Source of the DNA: Chitinivibrionales bacterium
Lineage (GTDB): Bacteria > Fibrobacterota > Chitinivibrionia > Chitinivibrionales > WJMI01
Direction of reading: 5' to 3'
Length of the DNA stretch: 15,135 nucleotides
Assembly: GCA_014729595.1 (NCBI GenBank)
Contig: WJJU01000318.1
Coordinates: 1 to 15,135, forward strand
This document shows positions 1 through 6,855 of the stretch, one piece after another. The notes beneath the pieces were generated by a model. It was not told where the DNA came from. It searched no databases and was given only the letters and a program-made list of their open reading frames with translations. The stretch's first letter is position 1, and the number at the start of each line of letters is the position of its first letter. The translations under genes were made by a program, and so were the position numbers.

Positions 1-366
1 CGTGAACTGCGTCTCCGCATTCGCTGGGTTGCGCTACTTTATGGTCGGACGAAAGCACAAATGGCCGTCACCGGAGGCGTTCATACCCCCGAAGATATGG
101 TGAAAGCCGTTGCGGCCGGTGCAACTATAGCCATGACAACCTCATCATTGTTAATCAACGGCGTTGATCATATCGGCACGCTCTTAGGGGGTTTCCAGGG
201 ATGGATGAACCGAAATGGGTATGATTCAGTTCAAAGCCTACGCGGTGTGCTAAGCCATGAATCAGTTGCGGAGCCGGGGGCTTTCGTACGAGCCAATTAC
301 ATGCACGTGCTTTCTTCGTACGTCCCGCGGGGGCAAGAGGGGTTAAGCGTGCGGAGTCATCGGTAA
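1..366 (+). CDS. Dihydroorotate dehydrogenase family protein (PyrD/PreA-like), C-terminal fragment. The 5' end lies upstream of the window.
   Basis: Frame 1 is open from nt 1 with no stop before the TAA at 364-366; the ORF track only reports it from the internal ATG at 61. The translation 'VTGGVHTPEDMVKAVAAGATIAMTTSSLL...GTLLGGFQGWMNRNGYDSVQSLRG' matches the C-terminal FMN-binding barrel end of class-1 DHOD-like enzymes (GG[IV]xxxxD, AGA, W[ML]xxxG). Confidence 0.55.
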   Translation, partial: RELRLRIRWVALLYGRTKAQMAVTGGVHTPEDMVKAVAAGATIAMTTSSLLINGVDHIGTLLGGFQGWMNRNGYDSVQSLRGVLSHESVAEPGAFVRANYMHVLSSYVPRGQEGLSVRSHR

Positions 367-971
367 AAGCCGTCCTATAAATGCTGATCCCGCCGGCGGG
401 GTAGCGGAGCGCGACGGGGCCGGATGTGAGGGGCGGGTGCACGAGAGACATGATGGTTTGATCCCGAAGGGATCATAGTAGTTAAGCTCCGGAACGGCTG
501 TGACACTGAGGCGCAACCGACTATATACACATCGTTCGAGCAGCAACTCGGGCCACATGGATGGGTGGAGATGCCGCTTGCGGGACGAAGGCTGCCCGCG
601 CCCCCCCAATGAGGGCGGGCGCGAACAGGATGGTCTCATCCCGCCCTACGGCCGATGTGAGTATGCCTAAGACGGCTTCGGGTAACGATGGTTAATGCGG
701 AGAGCCGGATAATTGTAATGCTTGTTTTTCTTATTAAATGGCCCAACCCGGCTCACCGCCGAAGCAATAGATGAAGCGAACGTCGCCCGTAGTGACCGAC
801 CAATGTCAATGCGTTCGGCCAAGCCTCTTCTCACTTCCGAGCAGCCTGTTTTCGAAAATGACAATGGTGTGCGTCATTTTGCCATTTCGTAATCGGCTCC
901 GGCCGTGGCACATCCTTTGCGTGATCCACCACTCTTTCGTATCGCCCGACATATTGATTCAGGAGGTATCC

Positions 972-1160
972 GTGAAAGCTGTCGTAGATCAAGACACCTG
1001 TATTGGCTGTGGTTTGTGTCCCGACGTATGTCCGGAAGTGTTTGCTATGGACGACAACGAGAAGGCATACACCAAGATTGAGGAAGTGCCGACTAATGTG
1101 GAGAGCAAGTGCCGCGAGGCCGCCCAAAGCTGTCCCGTCGAGGCGATAACCATCGAATAA
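972..1160 (+). CDS. Small single-cluster [4Fe-4S]/[3Fe-4S] ferredoxin, 62 aa.
   Basis: GTG start at 972-974 lies 5 nt after a perfect AGGAGG (961-966). The track ORF 771..1160 is this gene with a spurious 5' extension. The product 'MKAVVDQDTCIGCGLCPDVCPEVFAMDDNEKAYTKIEEVPTNVESKCREAAQSCPVEAITIE' has the CxxCxxC...CP cluster motif and strongly resembles the 60-aa ferredoxins of Thermotoga and Pyrococcus. Confidence 0.85.
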   Translation: MKAVVDQDTCIGCGLCPDVCPEVFAMDDNEKAYTKIEEVPTNVESKCREAAQSCPVEAITIE

Positions 1161-1334
1161 ACAGACGTGCAACCGGGTATTGAACCTCGCCGGTCCGCCG
1201 CCGCGGAATCGCACCGTGTTTTAATACCCTGAGCAAGGTTTATGACAACTCTTGCTTCCCGCCCCGATCACCGCAATGCGCAACTGCGTCACATCGGAAT
1301 AAGCGGATATCATAAACCAGCTCTGAGTATTGAT

Positions 1335-1355
1335 TGTTTGCATCTTCGGTAAACA
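1335..1355. promoter_or_regulatory. Imperfect inverted repeat tGTTTGC-N7-GTAAACa lying 50-70 bp upstream of the EncFtn start. It is a candidate operator overlapping a weak -35/-10 (TTGCAT ... GGTAAT).
   Basis: Seen directly in the sequence: the arms are 1335-1341 and 1349-1355 with one mismatch. The call is positional only. Confidence 0.25.
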
Positions 1356-1403
1356 TCCCGGTAATGCGGTTACGAACCGGTTTAATGAAAGGAAGGAGAC
1401 TAC

Positions 1404-1799
1404 ATGGCGGAGTTTGTTAATCCATTTGTGGGCATGGTCCCAGACCGTAAACTAAGCAACCGGGAATTGCTGCGAGGGTTACGGCAATCGCTGGCCGCCG
1501 AGCAAGAGGCGGCTCATCTCTACTTGGCTCTCGCGGACGCCACCGACAATCCCTTGGCTCGTCGCGTTCTCGAAGACGTGGCCGATGAAGAACGGGTGCA
1601 TGCGGGAGAATTCCTGCGCCTTATAGAGATTCTCGCTAAAGATGAACAAAGCCTGCTTGCCCAGGGGACGCGCGAAGTGGAAGAAATGCGGGAGGAACTT
1701 CGGGGAAAAGGAGCAGCGGCCGCGAAAGAGGAAGATATGAGCGAAGAAGAGCCGCGGCAAGACATCCCTTCAATAGGTAATTTGCGCGGTGAACGTTAA
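1404..1799 (+). CDS. Encapsulated ferritin-like protein (EncFtn / Flp cargo) with a C-terminal encapsulin targeting peptide.
   Basis: An RBS AAGGAAGGAGA precedes the ATG. The core 'ELLRGLRQSLAAEQEAAHLYLALADATDNPLARRVLEDVADEERVHAGEFLRLIEIL' follows the EncFtn pattern (E..A..Y ... EE..HA..L with ExxH metal ligands). An acidic linker and the tail '...DIPSIGNLRGER' resemble the GSL/IGxL-type cargo-loading peptide. The gene sits immediately upstream of the shell gene. Confidence 0.8.
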   Translation: MAEFVNPFVGMVPDRKLSNRELLRGLRQSLAAEQEAAHLYLALADATDNPLARRVLEDVADEERVHAGEFLRLIEILAKDEQSLLAQGTREVEEMREELRGKGAAAAKEEDMSEEEPRQDIPSIGNLRGER

Positions 1800-1848
1800 A
1801 CCGTCGCAGAGGAATACAAAGCAATTTGATTTGAGGAGGCTATGACCT

Positions 1849-2661
1849 ATGTCCGATAAATTGCTCCACAGATCCGATGCCCCTTTCAGCGAGAAGACAT
1901 GGCATCAGATTGATTTGGCGGTACGTGACGCCGCGATAAGCGAAGTGAGTGCACGAAGAATTCTTGAGACGAAAGGCCCCTACGGGATTGGCCTCAAGTC
2001 GCTTCCTCTCGCCGACCGGCCTCTGGAAAAGGAGTCCGACGACACGGTAGAGGTTGCGGTCGACGCCGCCGTTCCAATGCCGCTCATCTCAACTTCATTC
2101 AGCATAGCGGCGCGAGACATCGATAATTTTGAGCGTTACGGTCTACCCTTGGATACCGGCGCGGCCTCCGAAGCGGCCGTCGCATGTGCGCGCAAGGAAG
2201 AACAATTGCTCTATTACGGCGCTCCCGAAAGCGGTATCCCGGGTTTGTTGACCGGCGACGGCGTACAGGAGATAAGCCTTAAGAAATGGGACGACGTAGG
2301 GGAGGCGGCCGAAGACATTATTCGCATAATCGATAAGATGGACGGCGCGGGTTTTCACGGGCCTTTCGCCTTGGCGCTGGCGCCCGCCCGCTACAATGCA
2401 CTCTTCCGTCGCTACCCGCAAGGTCCAATGATCGAGATTTCACACATACGGGAGTTGGTTACCGGGGGAGTTATAAAAGCGCCCGCCATCCAAAAAGGTG
2501 GCGTGCTTATATGCACCGGCGAACGACTCGCCTCAATTATCCTTGGCCAGGACCTTCTTACCGCCTTTGAAGGACCGGAGGGAAGAAACTACACATTCGT
2601 GTTGTCCGAAAGCCTTGGACTTCGTCTTTCGACTCCCGCCGCCGTTTGCCGATTGAAATAA
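1849..2661 (+). CDS. Family-1 encapsulin nanocompartment shell protein (HK97 fold, linocin M18-like), 270 aa.
   Basis: 'MSDKLLHRSDAPFSEKTWHQIDLAVRDAA...TKGPYG...GAPESGIPGLL...HGPFALALAPARYNAL...LILGQDL...' aligns block-for-block with the Thermotoga maritima encapsulin (LKRSFAPLTEKQWQEID...EGPYGW...GCEKSGVKGLL...EGPYTLVINTDRW...LILGQDL). A GAGGAGG RBS is present. Confidence 0.9.
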   Translation: MSDKLLHRSDAPFSEKTWHQIDLAVRDAAISEVSARRILETKGPYGIGLKSLPLADRPLEKESDDTVEVAVDAAVPMPLISTSFSIAARDIDNFERYGLPLDTGAASEAAVACARKEEQLLYYGAPESGIPGLLTGDGVQEISLKKWDDVGEAAEDIIRIIDKMDGAGFHGPFALALAPARYNALFRRYPQGPMIEISHIRELVTGGVIKAPAIQKGGVLICTGERLASIILGQDLLTAFEGPEGRNYTFVLSESLGLRLSTPAAVCRLK

Positions 2662-2757
2662 TCGAAAATCCAATGACAAGACTAAATGAAACAACAATAA
2701 TCTTTATACTGCGGTGAGCAGTAAGTAGTCAATTAACTTTTTCGAAGGAGACGTCCC

Positions 2758-3153
2758 ATGCCGGCACTTGCCGATCTATACCAGACCGCCGACTGGAAAA
2801 CCGAAAAACATGTTCCCTCCATTGAGCTTCCCGATGTTGTACGGCGAGGTGAATTTTTTCCGATCACCGTAACGATAGGCAAAGAAGTAGCGCATCCCAA
2901 TAAGACTGAACATCATATCAGTTGGATCGGGGTCTACTTTCAGCCCCAGGGAAGCAAGTTTCCCTACGAAATCGGTAAAATGCATTTCACCGCCCACGGC
3001 GCGTCCACCGACGGCCCGGATACCAGCGGCGTCTACACGCATCATCAGGCGACCTTGAACTTTAAGACCGACAAACCAGGCACCGTCTTCGCCGGCAGCT
3101 ACTGCAATATCCACGGTCTCTGGGAAAACTCGCAAGAACTCAAAGTAGAGTAG
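2758..3153 (+). CDS. sor: Superoxide reductase, 1Fe class (neelaredoxin / desulfoferrodoxin C-domain family), 131 aa.
   Basis: A GAAGGAGA RBS lies 6 nt upstream. 'DWKTEKHVPSIE...GKEVAHPNKTEHHISWIGVYF...FTAHGASTDGPDTSGVYT...SYCNIHGLWEN' is near-identical in its motifs to the Pyrococcus furiosus SOR (DWKGEKHVPVIE...HPNTTEHHI...FTAHGESVNGPNTSDVYT...SYCNIHGLWEN), with the His4Cys iron ligands all present. Confidence 0.9.
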   Translation: MPALADLYQTADWKTEKHVPSIELPDVVRRGEFFPITVTIGKEVAHPNKTEHHISWIGVYFQPQGSKFPYEIGKMHFTAHGASTDGPDTSGVYTHHQATLNFKTDKPGTVFAGSYCNIHGLWENSQELKVE

Positions 3154-3184
3154 TACTTAAGCGAAGTAGAGTAGTACTTAAACG
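3143..3184. repeat. Tandem direct duplication, 2 x 21 bp (aagtagagtagtacttaaGCG / aagtagagtagtacttaaACG), spanning the SOR stop codon.
   Basis: Seen directly: the 18-nt core is identical in both copies at 3143-3160 and 3164-3181 and contains the palindrome AGTACT. The first copy supplies the codons ...K V E stop. Confidence 0.85.
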
Positions 3185-3221
3185 CCCGTCGGATAAAACG
3201 CGGCGCTTTTTGCTCAAGGTC

Positions 3222-3280
3222 GGGGGAATCCTTCAATAGGAAGGATTCCCCCGATTTTTTGTGCGCCCGGCAGGGCGCAC
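3222..3280 (+). terminator. Rho-independent terminator of the ferredoxin/encapsulin/SOR operon, followed by a second GC hairpin.
   Basis: A 13-bp perfect stem GGGGGAATCCTTC (3222-3234) and GAAGGATTCCCCC (3240-3252) with loop AATAG is followed by GATTTTTTG (T-run 3255-3260). A second hairpin GTGCGCCC-GGCA-GGGCGCAC lies at 3261-3280. Confidence 0.85.
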
Positions 3281-3519
3281 CTTCTTGGTGGTGCGGAGGT
3301 GATTGCCTCTTAGTCCACTATACGCCCGACAGAGGGAAGTGTTAGCCGGACGGCAAGGGTGCCGCGGCTTATCCGACGCTACCTGCAGGCGAATATCATG
3401 ATAGGCGGGTTGGAAAAGGCCCGCACGGAAGGCTCGCGGCGGTCCATCGAAGCATAGATCAGGGTTCCGATCGTGGTTCCGGCTCTGGATACTGAAATTC
3501 GAAATCCATGAATTTTATT

Positions 3520-3927
3520 TCAGCCGATTCCGACACTTTTAAGCTGAACAAGGACCAATCCAATCCCTATAATACATATTCCGGTCCACTGAATACCGCT
3601 AAGCGGTTGGCGGAAGACGATGCTTGAGGCAAATTGCAGGACAAAAAACGCTCCACCAATACAAAAAGCGTATATGAGATTAGGATTGGCATTTCTCAGC
3701 GCAAGCGTAAGACAGACCGGACTCGCAAAACCGATACTGGTTCCTAAAAGAAACATTCCATAAAGCTGAGCCCCGGTCCGCTGGGAGGCGAAGCGCAAAC
3801 AAAGGTATGCGCCGGTTTGAGAAATTACAAACCCGATAATACAAGCGAGGGTACGCAAAGAAAACATAGGCACTTTGTGAAATTGAATAGCGGTTGGAAA
3901 TACCGGCGGTGGGCCGTGGGCATACAC
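3520..3927 (-). CDS. Small polytopic membrane protein with about 4 TM helices (SMR/DMT-like). Function unknown and start codon uncertain; alternative ATG at 3867.
   Basis: The 135-aa ORF is almost entirely hydrophobic in four blocks (LACIIGFVISQTGAYLCL, LYGMFLLGTSIGFASPVCLTLAL, LIYAFCIGGAFFVLQFASSIVF, WTGICIIGIGLVLVQL). No convincing SD precedes either ATG, and the canonical EmrE Glu is not conserved, so the family assignment is weak. Confidence 0.4.
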   Translation of the reverse strand: MYAHGPPPVFPTAIQFHKVPMFSLRTLACIIGFVISQTGAYLCLRFASQRTGAQLYGMFLLGTSIGFASPVCLTLALRNANPNLIYAFCIGGAFFVLQFASSIVFRQPLSGIQWTGICIIGIGLVLVQLKSVGIG

Positions 3928-4352
3928 GGGACCGATCGAGCGGTTGGGCGGTAAGCAATAATCACCTGATTGGCGCCACTTGGTCCCTCCGCCTCAATAG
4001 GCGGTTGGAACACACGAAGCGTGAACCAAACCAACCCCATGGCGATACGCTCATACCTAAACCAGTCCGCCGGATAAGATAAAATAAAAACCAAGCATAA
4101 ACAGTTCCTTAAAAAATAGCTATCGCAGCCGTCGCTCGCCTAGTGTACCCCATCGATGCAAAAGTTCCTCGATATTCAAGCGAAAAGCGGGAAAGAGTCG
4201 CCAATGATGCAACGGGGCACCGGCCTTTCTTTCTTCGCGCAACGGCCTATTGACGAAGCCGTGCGCCGGGAGCGGTACACAATACTATAGGCCTCTCGCC
4301 GTGCAGGGGGGCTCACATAAAAATAAAAACGAAATCGAATCCCACCAAGCAT

Positions 4353-4907
4353 TCAAAAAGGAATGTCGTCATCGTCGAGGTCTTCAAACTCATCAATCAA
4401 CGGGCCTAAGTCCCACTCCTCGTCTTCGGCCCCGTCGGGGATCTCACCGTGAACGGCCATCGATATAAAAGCCTCGGAGGCTTCGGTTAGCTGTTGCTCC
4501 AACATGCCCCGCAGCATATTCCAGAAGGGAATAAATATCTCGTCCGCGGCATGCGGCACGATGATTAGGCTGAAACTGTACTTGCCTGAGCGCTTTTTTC
4601 TGCTGTAGTCGAGCCCCAGCCGTTCCGCGAGCGCCTCAAAAGCGGAGGCCGAATACGGATCGAACACATCGATGGTAACCGGTTCCTTCTTGCGTCCCCG
4701 TGACGCCTTCTTCAGCCCCCGCATGACCCCCTCGAGAAGTTCCTGGTGCAATTGGGCATACTGTTCAGCCATCGCACCAATACCTATCTCATCTCTCAAC
4801 GGCATTGCCTCAGGTTCTTTTCGGGTGCCGCCTTTGCCGCCGGTGCCTTTCACCAGTTTGAGTTGAGGACGACCTCGGCCGGACGAGCTTTTTCGCTTAC
4901 GACCCAT
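4353..4907 (-). CDS. Hypothetical protein, 184 aa, with an N-terminal basic AT-hook-like region (SGRGRPQ) and a C-terminus identical to the SSB acidic tip (…FEDLDDDDIPF).
   Basis: The RBS is GGGAG-N5-ATG on the minus strand (4908-4920). The N-terminus reads 'MGRKRKSSSGRGRPQLKLVKGTGGKGGTRK' (AT-hook core RGRP); the middle is a helical, acidic region; and the last residues are DDDDIPF, confirmed by reverse-complementing 4353-4400. The protein shows no OB-fold sequence, so it is not an SSB itself. Confidence 0.55.
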   Translation of the reverse strand: MGRKRKSSSGRGRPQLKLVKGTGGKGGTRKEPEAMPLRDEIGIGAMAEQYAQLHQELLEGVMRGLKKASRGRKKEPVTIDVFDPYSASAFEALAERLGLDYSRKKRSGKYSFSLIIVPHAADEIFIPFWNMLRGMLEQQLTEASEAFISMAVHGEIPDGAEDEEWDLGPLIDEFEDLDDDDIPF

Positions 4908-5100
4908 ACGCGCTCCCTTCTTCCATTGATTACAGATCTATCGGGCGCCCTGCCTCGAATATAGCCCATTCCATTCGTTTCGAACCACTCTTTGAGGTCC
5001 CGGTAGTTGCGTTATGGGCTTTACGTTGGTAATCCACTTGAAAAAAGAACATTCAATAAGCCAAGTGAGTAAAAAACCACTACACAAATCCGTAAGATAT

Positions 5101-5127
5101 TGTATAATTGTTTATAGCAAACATAAT
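5101..5127 (+). promoter_or_regulatory. AT-rich promoter-like region with TG-TATAAT (5101-5108) and a second CATAAT (5122-5127) upstream of the 64-aa ORF. It may also serve the divergent 184-aa gene.
   Basis: The only strongly AT-rich block (5040-5140) in the divergent intergenic region 4908-5175 contains 'tTGTATAATtg', a consensus -10 with an upstream TG. No good -35 is present. Confidence 0.3.
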
Positions 5128-5175
5128 TTTGAACTGCGCACATCTGTCGAGTCAATCCCCGACGGAGGAATCGCG

Positions 5176-5370
5176 ATGACTAAGGATAACGAAGGCCGGA
5201 AGAAAGAAGCGAAGCATGCGACCATTGCTCGGAGCATTCGCGATCGTACTATTGCATTTTTTGACGGGAGACCTGCACGGGAAGAGCCGATCGGCAACGA
5301 GGAAATCAATGATCTGTTGATTGCTCTAAATACATGCACTTCGCTCGAAGAATTTCTATGCTCCGTTTGA
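5176..5370 (+). CDS. Small hypothetical protein, 64 aa.
   Basis: An ATG at 5176 lies 7 nt after GGAGG (5164-5168), and the track ORF 5014..5370 contains it. The product 'MTKDNEGRKKEAKHATIARSIRDRTIAFFDGRPAREEPIGNEEINDLLIALNTCTSLEEFLCSV' shows no recognisable family. It is called on RBS plus promoter context only. Confidence 0.35.
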   Translation: MTKDNEGRKKEAKHATIARSIRDRTIAFFDGRPAREEPIGNEEINDLLIALNTCTSLEEFLCSV

Positions 5371-5450
5371 GCTATCGGGCACAAAGCCGAACGAAATGAT
5401 GAATGGATCGTTCGGAAAGAAGCGGATGTAGCCGAGGGGCCGAACGGCTC

Positions 5451-6437
5451 TCATCCGCCACCCTTGTCTGATTCTTTGCGTCCGCCCTCCGCAACCAAAG
5501 CCGTTTCGTGCAAAAAATCACGAACGGAGGATGCGACCTCCTGATGATGCCCGAGCAAGAGGTGTCCGCCTTCGTCGAAGAATATCGTTCTGGCGTGAGG
5601 GGCGTATTCCGAGAGATATTGCAGCATGGCAAAGGGCAAAATATTGTCGTCGCGAGCCTGAAAAGCCAGAATGGGCGCTCTGATACGATCGAGGGGGAAG
5701 CCGATTGACTGCCGTATCGTGCTCATCTCCATGTCTGCAACCAACCCCTCATGCCGCGTAGCGATCGGCAGAAACGCATTGAGGAAGTCATCGAGCCATG
5801 TTTGTTCATGTGCGGAAAGACGCATCCTCACATGCGGCGGAGCACCAACAATAGTTTTCACTCTTTTGCGTATCAGTTTTCCCAGCGCCCAAAAAACCAT
5901 GTCCCATCGAAAACCATATCTGACGAGGGCCTCTTGAAAAAGAGATCTTCGGGGGGCGCTACGCGTAAGGCCCGAGAACAAAACCACCGCACGGCACCGC
6001 GCGGGATGATTTGCGGCAAATGTTAACGCCGAAGGTGCGCCCGCCGATACCCCTACAACACCGGCGGCGGGTACGTGGAGCGCATCGAGCAACGCCGCAT
6101 GCGCATCGGCTTGCGCTTCCGGAGAGGCGTCTTTGCGCATGGGGGTACGAAGGTAGCCGAAGCGGGAGGGTGCAATCCACCTGAATTCTCCACCAATCAG
6201 TCGCGCCACCAGCATACCTTGATCATGCCCCCCGCCGGCTCCATGCACAACCAATATCGGCGGCCCCTCGCCGGTCTCCGCATACTCTATCGGGCCGGCG
6301 GTGGTCTCAATCAGTTTGGCGGTGCCGAGTACACGCCGCCGCGCCTTCATGAGATCAAGGCGGTACCGGCGAAAAAAATTCGCCGCCATAAAGGCCGCCG
6401 CCCCTCCCAACATTGCGGAGATATACCGCCGTTTCAT
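5451..6437 (-). CDS. Alpha/beta-fold hydrolase, a putative lipase/esterase with an N-terminal membrane anchor.
   Basis: The start is the ATG at 6437 (RBS GGGAG-N6), whereas the track begins at an upstream GTG at 6455. The protein has the HGAGGG oxyanion-type motif and the nucleophile elbow GVSAG (GxSxG), with catalytic Asp/His candidates (DDNILPF ... GGHLL). A hydrophobic N-terminus (ISAMLGGAAAFMAANFF) is present. Confidence 0.8.
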   Translation of the reverse strand: MKRRYISAMLGGAAAFMAANFFRRYRLDLMKARRRVLGTAKLIETTAGPIEYAETGEGPPILVVHGAGGGHDQGMLVARLIGGEFRWIAPSRFGYLRTPMRKDASPEAQADAHAALLDALHVPAAGVVGVSAGAPSALTFAANHPARCRAVVLFSGLTRSAPRRSLFQEALVRYGFRWDMVFWALGKLIRKRVKTIVGAPPHVRMRLSAHEQTWLDDFLNAFLPIATRHEGLVADMEMSTIRQSIGFPLDRIRAPILAFQARDDNILPFAMLQYLSEYAPHARTIFFDEGGHLLLGHHQEVASSVRDFLHETALVAEGGRKESDKGGG

Positions 6438-6500
6438 GCCTATCTCCCTTTGCACCGTTTTAGAAATGAACCCATCTTGTCCCCTTTTTGGAAATCTTCG

Positions 6501-6695
6501 CTATGCGGAATGTACCGGATGCAGGGCTTCGAGACGCAATGCGATTTTCTTGAGGATATCCTTGCGTTCCCGCAATCTATCTTTGAAATCCGGACTATCG
6601 GTCTGAGCAATCTCCGCACGTAAATCGGAAATCGCCGAGTGCAGCAGCTCGTCCAATACTTCTTCTTCCTCGTGCGACAATTCCAGAGAGTCCAT
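6501..6695 (-). CDS. Small acidic all-helical protein, 64 aa, of unknown function. It lies between the acyltransferase fusion and the hydrolase.
   Basis: An ATG at 6695 has a perfect GGGAGG-N5 RBS (6701-6706). The product is 'MDSLELSHEEEEVLDELLHSAISDLRAEIAQTDSPDFKDRLRERKDILKKIALRLEALHPVHSA'. Confidence 0.45.
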   Translation of the reverse strand: MDSLELSHEEEEVLDELLHSAISDLRAEIAQTDSPDFKDRLRERKDILKKIALRLEALHPVHSA

Positions 6696-6855
6696 AGCAA
6701 CCTCCCGTTCAAAACCAAGAGCCGTGAACAACCCGTATTACGTTTGCATGCGCTCTCGTGAAGCCCAGTCTCCCCCGATTCGGGGTGATAACTTCGATTC
6801 TGTTCCAACTCCATAAACGAGCAAGTGTCGTGCCTTGTGTTGTTCAACGTTTCAC

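Noticed and set aside
343-864. Minus-strand ORFs 343..639 and 667..864, and the 771-971 part of the plus ORF, in the long leader region.
   Set aside because: The translations are Pro/Arg/Ser-rich with no RBS or family resemblance. The real ferredoxin starts at the GTG at 972, behind a perfect SD.
3455-3520. A T-loop-like 'TTCGAAATCC' and a tRNA-like look around 3480-3500.
   Set aside because: There is an extra base relative to the GTTCGAATC consensus, and no acceptor stem or anticodon-arm pairing can be drawn. It is not a tRNA.
5014-5175. The 5' portion of the track ORF 5014..5370, and the overlapping minus ORF 5112..5384.
   Set aside because: The upstream part is the AT-rich promoter island. 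Only the ATG at 5176 has an SD. The minus ORF has no RBS and an implausible composition.
6772-6785. Small hairpin CCCCG-ATT-CGGGG downstream of the acyltransferase fusion gene.
   Set aside because: The stem is only 5 bp, and it is not followed by a U-tract in the minus-strand (gene) orientation. It is not a convincing terminator.
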